Shown: positions 23,087 through 35,174 of the stretch, in pieces
Layout: every line of letters begins with the position of its first letter
Numbering within the stretch: the stretch's first letter is position 1
Source of the DNA: Mobula hypostoma
Lineage: Eukaryota
Assembly (NCBI RefSeq): GCF_963921235.1
Contig: NC_086098.1
Span: 5,332,001-5,396,000 of the forward strand
Length of the DNA stretch: 64,000 bases
Reading direction: 5' to 3'
Notes under the pieces: model-generated
Seen by the model: only the letters and a program-made list of their open reading frames with translations
Told to the model about the DNA's origin: nothing
Databases searched by the model: none
Program-made: the position numbers and the translations under genes

Positions 23087-24699
23087 CAGTGCATGCAAAA
23101 GTTTGGGCACTCCTGGTCAAAAATTCTGTTACTGTGAATAGCTAAGCAAGTAAAAGATGATCTGATTTCCAAAAGGCATAAAGTTAAAGATGACACATTT
23201 CTTTAATACTTTAAGCAAGGTTACTCTTTTATCTCCATCTTTTACAGTTTCAAAATAACAAAAAAGGAAAAGGGCCTGAAGCAATAGTTTGGGCACCCTG
23301 CATGGTCAGTACTTAGTAACACCCCCTCTGGCAAGTATCACAGCTCATAAGCGCTTTCTGTAGCCAGCCAAGAGTCTTTCAATTCTTGTTTGGGGGATTT
23401 TTGCCCATTCTTCCTTGCAAAAGGCTTCTAATTCTGTGAGATTCATGGGCCGTCTTGCATGCACTGCTCTTCTGAGGTCTATCCACAGATTTTCGATGAT
23501 GTTTAGGTCGGAGAGGGCCATGGCAAAACCTTCAGCTCGCGCCTCTTGAGGTAGTCCATTGTGGATTTTGAGGTGTGTTTAGATTCATTATCCTGTTGTA
23601 GAAACCATACTCTTTTCATCTTTGGCTTTTTTACAAATGGTGTGATATTTGCTTCCAGAATTTGCTGGTATTTAATTGAATTCATTCTTCCCTCTACCAG
23701 TAAATGTTCCCTGTGCCACTGGCTACAACACAAGCCCAAAGCATGATCGATCCATCCCCGTGCTTAACAGTTGGAGAGGTATTCTTTTCATGAAATTCTG
23801 CACCCTTTTTTCTCCTAACATACCTTTGCTAATTGCGGCCAAGAGGTTCTACTTTAACTTTACCAGTCCACAGGACTTGTTTCCAAAATGCATCAGGCTT
23901 GTTTAGTTGTTCCTTTGCAAATTTCTGATGCTGAATTTTGTGGTGAGGACACAGGAAAGGTTTTCTTCTGATGACTCTTCCATGAAGGTCATATTTGTGC
24001 AGGTGTCGCTGCACAGTAGAACAGTGCACCACCACTCCAGAGTCTGCTAAATCTTCTTGAAGGTCTTTTGCAGTCAAACGGGGGTTTTGATTTGCCTTTC
24101 TAGCAGTCCTATGAGCAGTTCTCTCGGAAAGTTTTCTTGGTCTTCCAGACCTCAACTTGACCTCCACCATTCCTGTTAACTGCCATTTCTTAATTACATT
24201 ACGAACTGAGGTAACGGCTACCTGAAAATGCTTTACTATCTTCTTATAGCCTTCTCCTGCTTTGTGGGCATCATTTATTTTAATTTTCAGAGTGCTAGGC
24301 AGCTGCTTAGAGGAGCCCATGGCTGCTGATTGTTGGGACAAGGTTTGAGGAGTCAGGGTATTTATAAAGCTTTGAAATTTGCATCACCTGGCCTTTCCTA
24401 ACGATGACTGTGAACAAGGTATAGCCCTAACAAGCTAATTAAGGTCTGAGACCTTGGTAAAAGTTATCTGAGAGCTCAAATCTCTTGGGGTGCCCAAACT
24501 TTTGAATGGTGCTCCTTTCCTTTTTTTCAGTCTAAAATTGTACAAAACAAAAATAATACACTAATCTTGCTTAAAATGTTGAAAAGAATGTTTCATCTTT
24601 AACTTTATGACTTTTGGAGATCAGTTCATTTTCTACGCACTTAGTTTTTCACAGTAACAGAAATTTTGACCGGGGTGTCCAAACTTTTACATGCCACTG
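23087..24699 (-). mobile_element. Full-length Tc1 transposon with IR/DR ends, about 1.6 kb
   Basis: About 210-bp inverted repeats starting CAGT, each with a repeated agtttgggcac motif. TA on the left flank. Confidence 0.95.
23306..24320 (-). pseudogene. Tc1 DD34E-type transposase, inactivated
   Basis: MGSSKQL..RSGRPRKLS..WKQVLWTG (first catalytic D lost)..FLQQDNESKH..VLPWPS..GGVTKY*, with frameshifts. Confidence 0.92.
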
Positions 24700-24764
24700 T
24701 TTATGATAAATAATCACTAAACGAAGTTACAGGCAAACACTAATTATGTTTGAGGCACATTTCA

Positions 24765-26175
24765 AATAAGATTGAAAGAATGCAGGGAAATTTTACAGGG
24801 ATGTTGCTGGGACTTGAGGACCTGAGTTATAAGGAAAGACTGAATAGGTTAGGATTGTATTGGACTGTATCAGACCCCACTTGGAGTACTGTGCTCAGTT
24901 CTGGTCGCCTCACTACAGGAAGGATGTGGAAACCATAGAAAGGGTGCAGAGGAGATTTACAAGGATGTTGCCTGGATTGGAGACCGTGCCTTATGAAAAC
25001 AGGTTGAGTGAACTCAGCCTTTTCTCCTTGGAGTGACGGAGGATGTGAGGTGACCTGATAGAGGTGTATAAGATGATGAGAGGCATTGATCGTGTGGATA
25101 GTCAGAGGCTTTTTCCCAGGGCTGAAATGGCTGCCACAAGAGGACACAGGTTTAAGGTGCTTGGAAGTAGGTACAGAGGAGATGTCAGGGGTAAGTTTTT
25201 TACACAGAGAGTGGTGAGTGCGTGGAATGGGCTGCCGGCGATGGTGGTGGAGGCAGATATGATAGGGTCTTTTAACAGACTTTTAGATAGGTACATGGAT
25301 CTTATTAAAATAGAGGGCTATGGGTAAGCCTAGTAATTTCTAAGGTAGGGACATGTTCAGCACAACTTTGTGGGCCGAAGGGCCTGTATTGTGCTGTCGG
25401 TTTTCTATGTTTCTATGTTTCTATGTATTCACTGCAGTGTAGGGCAATGAGGAGTGATTTGATAGAAGTATACAAAATTATGAGATAGGGTAAATGCAAG
25501 CAGGCTTTTTCCACTGAGGTTGGGTGGGACTACAACCAGAAGTCATGAGTTAAGGGTGAAAGGTGAGAAGTTTAAGGGGAACATAAGAGGAAACATCTTC
25601 ATTCAGTGGGTAGTGAGAGTGTGGAATGAACTGCCAGCACAAGTGGTGGATGTGGGTTCGATCTTAAGAGAAGTTTGGGTAAGTACAGTGCTGTGCAAAA
25701 GTCTTAGGCACATATATAGAGCAAGGGTGCCTAAAAATGTTGCACAGTACTGTATTTGTCAATATGGAGCAGAGGATGAGTTTGTGAACCTGGTAAAGGA
25801 TGCTGGGAATGGTGAGGGTGGAGTGCCACACAAGGGGATGGGTGATGTGGGTCAGATGGCAGAGAAGGAGTGCCAGGGGCAGGGGGTTACGTGGCACTCA
25901 TCCTTTCTTAGACACATCCAGCTGTCATGAAATTTGCTTTTTTTTTATGACCACAGTATAACACAATACTACAGTAAAAAATTACTACATTACTGTGCAA
26001 AAGTCTTCGGCACCCTCGCTATATAGATGTGCTTAAGACATTTGCACAGTACTGTGCATGGATGGGAGGGGGATGTAATATGCGCGGGTCGATGGGACTG
26101 GGCAGAATAACACTTCAGCATGGACTGGATGGGTCGAGGTGCTTGTTCCTGTGTGCTAGTGTCCTAGGACTCTTT
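24765..26175 (+). mobile_element. Nested CR1 3' fragments (younger copy 24862-25426 inside an older one)
   Basis: The older CR1 is split at tgtatt, which is duplicated. The inner copy has [13 protein letters not shown] and a (TTTCTATG)n tail. Confidence 0.85.
25686..26054. mobile_element. Tc1/mariner-type MITE with palindromic ends
   Basis: cagt(g/a)ctgtgcaaaagtctt(a/c)ggcac unit occurs four times in alternating orientation. Inserted at a TA in a CR1 fragment. Confidence 0.8.
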
Positions 26176-26674
26176 TCTATTATGAAGTATTTCAGGATCA
26201 ATGTTTATCCAGGCCTTGTTTTTTGGAATTGTTGACAAAAATATTAGCTTTTGCTGAAATTGATTACTTTCTGCTTTAAACCAAAATGAAGGAGATCTGA
26301 ATCAAATTACATTTACCCCTCTACTCCACTGTATTTTCAGCTCGACTTAATTCCTACCACTCAGCACTTGAGGGCGAACTTTAAAGAGTCAGTTCCTGGT
26401 ACTGAGTTATTCTTGCTGGAATATCAGGACACTCTCTCCATGACATTCCGTCTTCAATGGGTGGAAAACCAAGAGGTGCGTACTCACGCCCTCTGCCACA
26501 AAATCACAAGGGACAATGGATATCTGTATAATTAGTACCTCTTGATATTCTTGGAAGGACACTGAAATTCATCTTTGACAAATATTCATTTAAGGTAGGA
26601 AGGTCAAATGTATGCTATATTTTTAATTGCAGAGTTGAGTTTATCCAATGTATATTTATTTTAGTGTCTACCAT

Positions 26675-27325
26675 TAGACCTGAGACATAGGAGACAAGTT
26701 AGGCTATTCGACCTATTGAGTCTGCTCTGCCATTCGATCCTGGTTGATTTATTTCCCCTCTCAACCCCATTCGTCTGACCTCTCCCTATACCCTTTGATG
26801 CCCTTACTAATCAGGATTCTACCAATCTCCACTATAAATACATGCAGTGACCTGGTCCCCAATGTCCTCTGTGGCAATGATTTCCAGATTCACCACAATT
26901 TGGCTAAGGAAATCCCTCCTCATCTTTGTTCTAAATGGTCATTCTTCTCTTCTGAGGCTGTACCTTCTAGACTCTCCCGCTACTGGAAACTCCCCCTGCC
27001 CCATCTAGGCCTTTCAATATTTGATGGGTTTCAATGAGATATCACCTCATTCTTCTAAACTCCAGTGACTACAGACCCAGATTCATCAAAATCTCCTCAT
27101 ATACTAGCCTTTCTTTCTAGGTCATTTTGATAAATCTCCTTTGGACCTTCTCCAATACCACCACACCCTTTTTTAGAAATGAGGCCTAAAACTGCTCACA
27201 ATACTCCAACTATCATCTGACGAAAGCCTGAACATTGCATCCTTACTTTTATATTCTAGTCATCTTGAAATGAATGCTAAGATTGCATTTTCCTTGCCAC
27301 TGACTCAACCTGCAAGTTAAGCTTT
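26675..27325 (-). mobile_element. CR1 3' fragment, old
   Basis: Diverged reverse complement of the CR1 ORF2 C-terminus and 3'UTR. Confidence 0.75.
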
Positions 27326-27558
27326 GCAGCTCAGATTTCTGGATCCAGTTCAGAAGACAATCTATGCTTTTATTCTCTCTTCTGTTTATGTTCATCATTG
27401 CTTGCTGATAATTGCAGGAATTAAAATCAAAATATGAAATGTATATAGCATGGTAATTCCTGAAGTAAATTTATTTTACTAACTATTCTGACATCAGGAA
27501 CCTCCACCACCCAGGCCATGCTCTCTTCTTGCTGCTGCCATCAGGAAGAAGGTAGAGG

Positions 27559-28160
27559 ATTAGATTAGATTAGATTATGAGGACACACAGTCCTCTTTTA
27601 TTGTCATTTAGTAATGCATGCATTAACAAATGATGCAATTTGTTCCTTCAGAATGATATCACAGAAATACAAGACAAACCAAGACTAAAAGAACTGACAA
27701 AAAAGTCTCTCGAAAGTCCCAGCATCTCACGCAGACGGTAGAAGGGAGGAACTCTCCCTGCCATGAGCTTCCGGCGCCGCAAACTTGCCGATGCAGCATC
27801 CTGGAAGCACTTGACCACAGTCCAACTCTTAGTCTGTCCGAAAACTTTGAGCCTCCGACCAGCCCTCCGACACTGAGCACCGAGCACCATCTCTGCCAAG
27901 CACTTCGACCCCGGCCCCAGCAATAGGCAATAGGCAATAGGCAAAGCCGAAGATTTGGGGCCTTTCCCTCCGGAGATTCTCGATCGCACAGTAGCAGCAG
28001 CAGCGAAGCAGGCATTTCAGAAGTTTCTCCAGGTGTTCCTCCATGCTTCTCATGTCTGTCTCCATCAAATCAGGATTGTGCACAGCCCCTATTTAACAAA
28101 AACGATATCAATTCGGAGCGGCCGCGCGCGCTGCGTCACGCCGCCATCTTCTCCTCCCCT
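27559..28160 (-). mobile_element. About 600-bp non-autonomous retroposon with 5' YY1-type motif and (AATCT)n tail
   Basis: Minus strand starts GGGAGGAGAAGATGGCGGCG and ends ctcataatctaatctaatctaa. Homologous to 31224 and 62754. Splits an older LINE 3' fragment. Confidence 0.8.
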
Positions 28161-29160
28161 CCAGTCCCACACCACCAGGTTCAGGAACAGTTACTATCCC
28201 TCAACCATCAGGCTCTTGAACAAGAACTTTCACTCAACTTCACTTGCCCCTAACTAAAATATTCCCAGAACCCATAGGCTCATTTTCAAAGACTCTATCT
28301 CATGTTCTTGATATTTATTGCTTATTGTTTATTATTTCTTTCTTTTTGTATTTGCACAGCTTCTTGTCTTTTCTATACTGATTGAACACCCAGTTAGTGC
28401 AGTCCTTCATTAATTCAATTATGGTTATTATTCTATTGTGGATTTATTGAGTATGGCTGCTAGAAAATGAATCTCAAGGTTGTATATTGTGACATATATA
28501 CACTTTGGTAATAAATTGACTTTGAACTTTGAATTTTGAACTTAAGTACACCCAAAACACCCAATAACCTGGCCACTTGGCCCATCATATCTGCTCCACC
28601 ATTTGATCATGGCTGATGCATTTCCCCCTCAATCCTATTCTCCTGCCTTCTCCTCGTAACCTTTACATCCTGGATTATCAACCTCAGCCTTGAACACCAA
28701 TGCCCTTGGATGGAAAATCCTACAGAAAGTAGTAGATAGGGCCCAGTCTATCGGGGTAAAGCCCTTCTTACCATTGACCGCATCTGTACGCAGCGTTGTC
28801 GCAGGGAAGCAGCATCTACCACCAAAGACCCCCACCACCGTGGACATGGTCTCTTCTTGCTGCTGCCATCAGGAAAAAGGTACAGCAGCCTCAGGACCCA
28901 CACCATCAGGTTCAAGAACAGCTATTATCCCTCAAATATGAGGCACTTGAACCAAAGGAGATAACTTTACACAACTTCAGTTGGCTCATCACTGAAATAT
29001 TTCCACAACCTGTGGACTCACATTCAAGAACTCTTCATCTTATGATCTTAACATTTATTTCTTCTTTCTTTATTTATTTTTTCATGTGCACAGCTCGTCT
29101 TTTTCACACTGGTTGAATGTCCAAATTAGTGCGATCTTTCATTGATTATATTATTGTTAT

Positions 29161-29730
29161 TGTTAGAGTGAGTTTTTTTGGGTAGATGATTTGTTTACAC
29201 TTAAATGACTTTGGCCACCAGACTTCTATTTGACAAAGTACTGTGGATTGAGTCCACAACAATGCGCTTCCTAAAAGGGTGTGAATACCAGATGCTTCGG
29301 GTGCTGTGTTTTGACCAGATGCTGTAGTTTCGAAGACGGTATTATCTATACTTTATAAATATTAATTGTCTTCTATGTTAGCGTGTAAAATGCCAAATAA
29401 ATGTATTGTGGATTTAACTTGCACTCCTAAAGGCCGTGATACCAACCCAGACATGCTGGTGTTGGAAGGCAAGGATGAAGTTAGGTGGTGTGGTATTTTG
29501 TATGTAGCTTCAATAGGAAGCATTGTCTATGCATTGTCTATAACTTTAAGTAGCGATTGCCTTTTGTGTTTAGCGTATAAATATCGAGCCCACATTGGGC
29601 TAGCAGACATATCTACAGAAAGCGTCTCCGTCTGTATGATACCTGCTGTACCTTGTTGTGTTGAATAAAGAAGCTGCTTTGTATCTACCAGTGACTCTGT
29701 CTCTCTGGTGATTTCATCCACGCTACAACA
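29161..29730 (+). mobile_element. Solo LTR (570 bp)
   Basis: TGTT...AACA ends, AATAAA at about 29664, 5-bp flanks GTTAT/CTTAT. Interrupts a LINE 3'UTR. Confidence 0.75.
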
Positions 29731-29989
29731 CTTATTATTCCATTATGGATTTATTGAGTATGCCCACAAGAAAATGAATCTCACGGTTATATATAGTGAC
29801 ATATACAGTATGTACTTTGATAATGAATTTATTTTAAACTTTGAACTTTGAAATGAATCATGAACACGTGTTGGTGTATTTTAAATCAAGAAGACTGTTT
29901 GCATCATGCCAGCTTAATGCAATTGGTAAATTTGGTCTTTTTACAGGCAATTCATGCAGGAGTTGACCGCATCCCAATGATGTGAAGCA

Positions 29990-30180
29990 GCATTCATGGA
30001 TGGAAATTAACAGTCGATGTCTCAGCTGAGATCCTGAGGACTCAGAAATCCTAATGAAAGGTCTCGGTCTGAAACGTCGACTGTTTAATCCCCTCTGTAG
30101 ATACTACGGACTTATTGAGTTCCTCCAGCATTTTGTGTGTGTGTTGTTTTGGATTTACAACATTTGCAGAATCTTTTGTA
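29990..30180. mobile_element. Inverted pair of Penelope-like termini with a near-intact hammerhead motif
   Basis: aacagtcgatgtctcag (minus copy) faces cctaatgaaaggtctcggtctgaaacgtcgactgtt (plus copy). Confidence 0.7.
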
Positions 30181-31223
30181 GTCTGCTGAATTCCTCTCAA
30201 TGCGCAGAACTCAATTTGGCAACCTTTTTATTCTTATTTATTTTGCAACTTCATCACAAAGTCTTCAAAGTATCTAATATATCAATCCAATACTCTATCT
30301 GAAACAGATGTCACAGTTATTGCAATGGTTACTGCTCACCAGAACTCCAGAGTTCCTTTCTCTTAATTTCACCTTCTCAATCACACTGTAATTAAGGTGA
30401 TAAATACTTTAAATAGATTTCCTCTTGGAAAACTGTTTCAGTAATCCATTAATTGTGTTGAATCAGCCTCTCTGCAAGGCATGACAGCTTGAGAAATGGA
30501 ACATTTTTCCACTTTTCACTTTGTGACAGCCTCTGCAGAACTTTGACAGCATAACTAAGCCTCCGTCTCCGAAGAGTACTTGCTACTCCAACAGCTGACG
30601 TTTCCATTTTGCACGTCGTCTGAACTTCTTGAGGGCCTGGCTGTAGGTCAGAAATGATTAATTTGAGAGCAGCGCATGGTGTGCACTGGTGCAAATTGGA
30701 GGCTAGGTTTCAGTTGCTGGAATGTCTCTAAACACCACTCGCCCCTTCCCCAGTTGGCCATTAGAGACCAGGGATATTTGTCTCCTTAGCAGCTTGGAAC
30801 TGAACACTGTGCTGGGGCTGAAAGGACATGTACAGTGTTTGTAATGGATGAGGAAACTGTTAAATACAGCTGCACACAGGAAGATTTTTTACTAACACGA
30901 GAGAATCTGCAGATTCTGGAAATCTAGAGCAACATACATTTTGTGTGGCCTGCAGCCACTTCCAGGGGCTCTGTGGGACTTTGGGGTTTGTTCATGGTTA
31001 ATGCTCTGGTGTGTGTTATTTGCTTGTTTTTTGTTGTTTGCATGATATATTCTCACTTTTGCACATTGGGTGTTTGCTGGTCTTTGCTGTGTGGGGGTTT
31101 TTATTAAAGAGGTTCCACGCTGTTTCTTTTGTTTCATAGTTGTCTGTGGAAAGGCAAATCTCATGGTTCTATACTGTATACATACCTTGGTAGTAAATGT
31201 ACTTTGAAACCTTGATATTTTTC

Positions 31224-31845
31224 ATTAGATTATGAAGACACGTAGTCCTCTTTTATTGTCATTTAGTAATGCATGCATTAAGAAATGATACATTATTTCC
31301 TCTGGTGTGATATCACAGAAACACAGGACAAACCAAGACTGAAAAAACTGACAAAACCACATAATTATAACATATAGTTACAACAGTGCACAATACCATA
31401 ACTTAATGAAGAAGTCCGTGAGCACAGTAAAGTTCAAAGTTTCTCAAATGTCCCACATCTCACGCAGACGGGAGAGGGAAGAAAAACTCTCCCTGCCATG
31501 CCGACCACAATCTGACTCTGAGTCATCCGAAAACTTCGAGCTCTGATCAGCTCTCTGACACCGAGTACTGAGCGCCATCTCTATCCGAACGATTCAACCT
31601 CCTTCTCGGTCGCCAAAAGCAGGCAAGGCCGGGGATTTTGAGGCCTACCCTCCGAAAGATTCCCAACTACACAGTAACGACAGCAGCGGATAGGCATTTC
31701 AGAAATTTCTCCAGATGTTCCTCTGTACTTTCACGTCTATCTCCATCAAATCAGAAATTGTCCACGGCTCCTATTTAACAGATACGACATCATTTTTCAC
31801 TGGAGAGCTGTGCACGCGCGGTGCACTGCCATCTTCTCCTCCCGC
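31224..31845 (-). mobile_element. Second copy of the YY1-motif/(AATCT)n retroposon (different subfamily)
   Basis: Same ends as 27559-28160, diverged middle. Confidence 0.8.
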
Positions 31846-32034
31846 CTGATTAATTACCATACTTAAAGTAATCAAAAATTAGCAAGTGTCCAGTAGGTTC
31901 AAGATTGTTTTCTGTCTTTTCCAGTAATGTTCAGCTTTTCCCGATCCTGTCCCTTCATACCAGATGGTGATGCAAACAATTAGAAGGCTATCCAATGAAA
32001 ATTTGGATTGTAAATCTTAAAACAACATTTCTCT

Positions 32035-33245
32035 TTGGTATCTTGATCAGTACAGTTGCACCACAGGGCTATGTTCTCAGCCCCCTACTTTACTCACTTT
32101 ACACCTATGACTGCATGGCTAAGTATGTCTCCAATACCATATTCAAGTTTGCTGATGACGCCATTGTTGTGGGCCATAACAAAGGTGGTGATGAATCAGC
32201 ACGTAGGAGGGAGGTTGAAAATTTTGGCTGAGTGGAATCATAGCAACAACTTTTCAGTCAGTGTCAGCAAGACCAAAGAAATGATTGTGGTCTTCAGGAG
32301 ACAGAAAGCAGAGGTCCATCAGCCAGTCCTCATCGGACGATCAGAGGTGGAGAGGGTTAGCAACTTTAAGTTCCTGGGTGTCACTATTTCAGAGGACCTG
32401 TTCTGGACCCAGCACGTAAATGCAATTGTGAAGAAAGCACGGCAGTACTTCTATTTCCTCAGGTGTCTGCGGAGATTTGGCATGACATCAGACACTCTGA
32501 CTTCTACAGCTGTGTCGTGGATTCTGGCTGCATCACGGCCTGCGATGGAAACACCACCTTTGAGTAGAAAATCCTACAAAAGATAGTAGGTTTGGCCCAA
32601 TGCATCACAAGCATGGCATCAAAGGTTGCAGGGAGAAGGCTAGGGAGTGGGGCTGAGGAGGGGAAGAAAAAGATCAGCCATGATTGAATGGTGGAGAAGA
32701 CTTGCTGGGCCAGATGGCCTAATCCTGCTCCTTAGTCTAATGGTCTTATGGTCTTCTGGTTAAAACCCTCCCAACCACTGAGCACATCTACATGAAATAC
32801 TGTCGTAGGAAAGCGGCATCCATCATTAGAGATCCCCACACCCAAGCCATGCTCCTTTTTCATTGCTGCCATCAGGTAGAAGATAAAATGGCCTCAGGAC
32901 TTGCACACCAGGTTCAGGAGCAGTTACTACCCCTCACCCATCAAGCTCTTGAACAAAAGGGGATAACTACACTCACCTGCCCATCCATTGAGATGTTCCC
33001 ACAACCAATGGTCACTTTAAGGACTCTTTATCTTGTTGGTTCATGTTCTTGTTATTTATTGCTATTTATTTACAATTGCATTTCCATGGTTTGTTGTCTT
33101 CTGCACTCCATTTGACCTTTCATTGATCCTGTTATAGTTACTATTCTATAGATTTGTTGAGCATTCCCACAGAAAAATGAATCTTATGATTGTATGTAGT
33201 AACATATATGTATTCTGATAGTAAAAATTTATTTTGAATTTTGAG
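32035..33245 (+). mobile_element. Rex/L2-type LINE RT and 3' end, decayed, with a small CR1 insert (about 32610-32757)
   Basis: APQGYVLSPLLYSLYTYDC, FKFADD, SKTKEMIVVFRR, FKFLGVTISEDL. Confidence 0.85.
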
Positions 33246-33719
33246 CACCTTCACAGCATTTAAAGCAACTGAAGGTGCTAAAGAATAGCATAGAAAAAGG
33301 ATATCAATTGAATATTTTCACCCAAGGTTTGGCTTAGTCTGATGATACTGCATGGTCTCCCAAAGCCAATTCATTCATTATGCTTGCACAAGGGATCCAG
33401 TCCTGTGTTTTCCTCTCAAAAAGCCCAACAGACATGAAAAAGAAGCCACTAAATCATATTAATGCTCAGCCTTGACAACCAGGCATTTCTAATTAGAAAC
33501 CATTCTTTCAACAGGTTTCCGATTTGCCATAACACAAGCCTTCTGTGAATTTTCCCTGGATATCAACAGGGAGGGATGAGGTGTTGATTCCTTCACTGCT
33601 CCCCTTTGCTGAAAACATCGGGAATACTAAAGTTTAGTATTTTTATGTAACTTGAATCTGTTATCAAACCTGAGAAGTTTGAGAGTAACTTCCCCTTGAA
33701 GCAAGTTGAATTGAATGGA

Positions 33720-34262
33720 AGCAACACACATCAAAGTTGCTGGTGAATGCAGCAGGCCAGGCAGCATTTCTGGGAAGAGTACAGTCGACGGTTCAGGCCG
33801 AGACCCTTCGTCAGGACTAACTGAAGAAAGAGCTAGTAAGAGATTTGAAAGTGGGAGGGGGAGGGGGAGATCCAAAATGATAGGAGAAGACAGGAGGGGG
33901 AGGGATGAAGCCAAGAGCTGGACAGGTGATTGGCAAAGGGGATATGAGAGGATCATGGGACAGGAGGCCCAGGCAGAAGGAAAAGGGGGAGGGGGGAAGC
34001 CCAGAGGATGGGCAAGGGGTATATTCAGAGGGACAGAGGGAGAAAAAGGAGAGAGAGAGAAAGAAAGTGTGTATATAAATAACGGATGGGGTACAAGGGG
34101 GAGGTGGGGCATTAGCGGAAGTTAGAGAAGGCAATGTTCATGCCATCAGGTTGGAGGCTACCCAGATGAAATATAAGGTGTTGTTCCTCTAACCTGAGTG
34201 TGGCTTCATCTTTACAGTAGAGGAGGCTGTGGATAGACATGTCAGAATGGGAATGGGAATTC
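33720..34262 (-). mobile_element. Penelope-like element 3' part (GIY-YIG C-terminus and terminal repeat)
   Basis: Minus strand encodes LRLEEQHLIFHLGSLQPDGMNIAFSNFR*, followed by a pyrimidine-rich UTR and a hammerhead motif. Confidence 0.88.
33782..33819 (-). ncRNA. Minimal type I hammerhead ribozyme motif (one core mismatch)
   Basis: AGUC-CUGACGA-AGGGUCUCGGCCU-GAAC-C-GUC-GACU: stem I AGUC/GACU, CUGANGA box, stem II, GAAA changed to GAAC, GUC cleavage triplet. Confidence 0.7.
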
Positions 34263-34423
34263 CTCGTGTTTGAATTGGATGGAATTGACTTTATTGCTTA
34301 CTTCCTTCACATACATGAGGAGTAAAAAATCTTTATGTTAAGTCTCCATCTAAGTATGCAATGTACAGTTTGTAGTAATTTGTAATAAACAGTCTGGTAG
34401 TAATAATTATGACAGCTTAATAC

Positions 34424-34994
34424 CCTCAGTGCCTACTTTATTAGCTACCTCCTATACATAATACATGGTCACTGAGTGTCTGTTTGTGGTCTTCTGCTGC
34501 TGTAGCCCATCCACTTCAAGGGTTGACGTGCTGTGCGTTCAGAGAAGCTCTTCTCCACACCACTGTTGTAACACGTGGTTACTTGAGTTACTGTCACCTT
34601 CCTGTCAGCTTGAACCAGTCTGGCCATTCTCCTCTGACCTCTCTCATTGACAAAGTGTTTTCACCCACAGAGCTGCCACGCACTGGAACTTTTTTTGCGT
34701 TTTTTTGGGGTTTTTTTGCACCATTCTCTGTAAACTCTAGAGACTGTTGCGTGTGAAAATCCAAGAGAACAAGAGTTTCTGAGATACTCAAACCACTCCG
34801 TCCATCACCAACAATTATTCCACAGTCAAAGTCACTTAGATCACATTTCTTCCCCGTTCTGATGTTCAGTCTGAACAGCAACAGAACCCTTTGACTGTGT
34901 CTGCATTGAGTTGCTGTCACATGATTGACTGATTCCATATTTGTATTAACGCACAGCTGCACAGGTGTACCTCATAAAGTGACCACTGGGTCTA
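34424..34994 (-). mobile_element. Tc1-derived non-autonomous element (same family as 21903)
   Basis: GKKCDLSDFDCGIIVG...LSISET remnant and degenerate TIRs. Confidence 0.85.
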
Positions 34995-35174
34995 CATCCA
35001 TCGTACTTGCAATGTGGGAGGTAAAGTCTATTAACATTGACAGGACAACCTTCAAACAAGAAAAATGCTTCGGCTCGATGAACAACGTAGGAACTTTGGA
35101 AGCAATCTCCCAAAGTGACATTTTGAAGAATGTTTCCAGGAACATACGAAGTCAAAGCAGAGCATTACATCACA

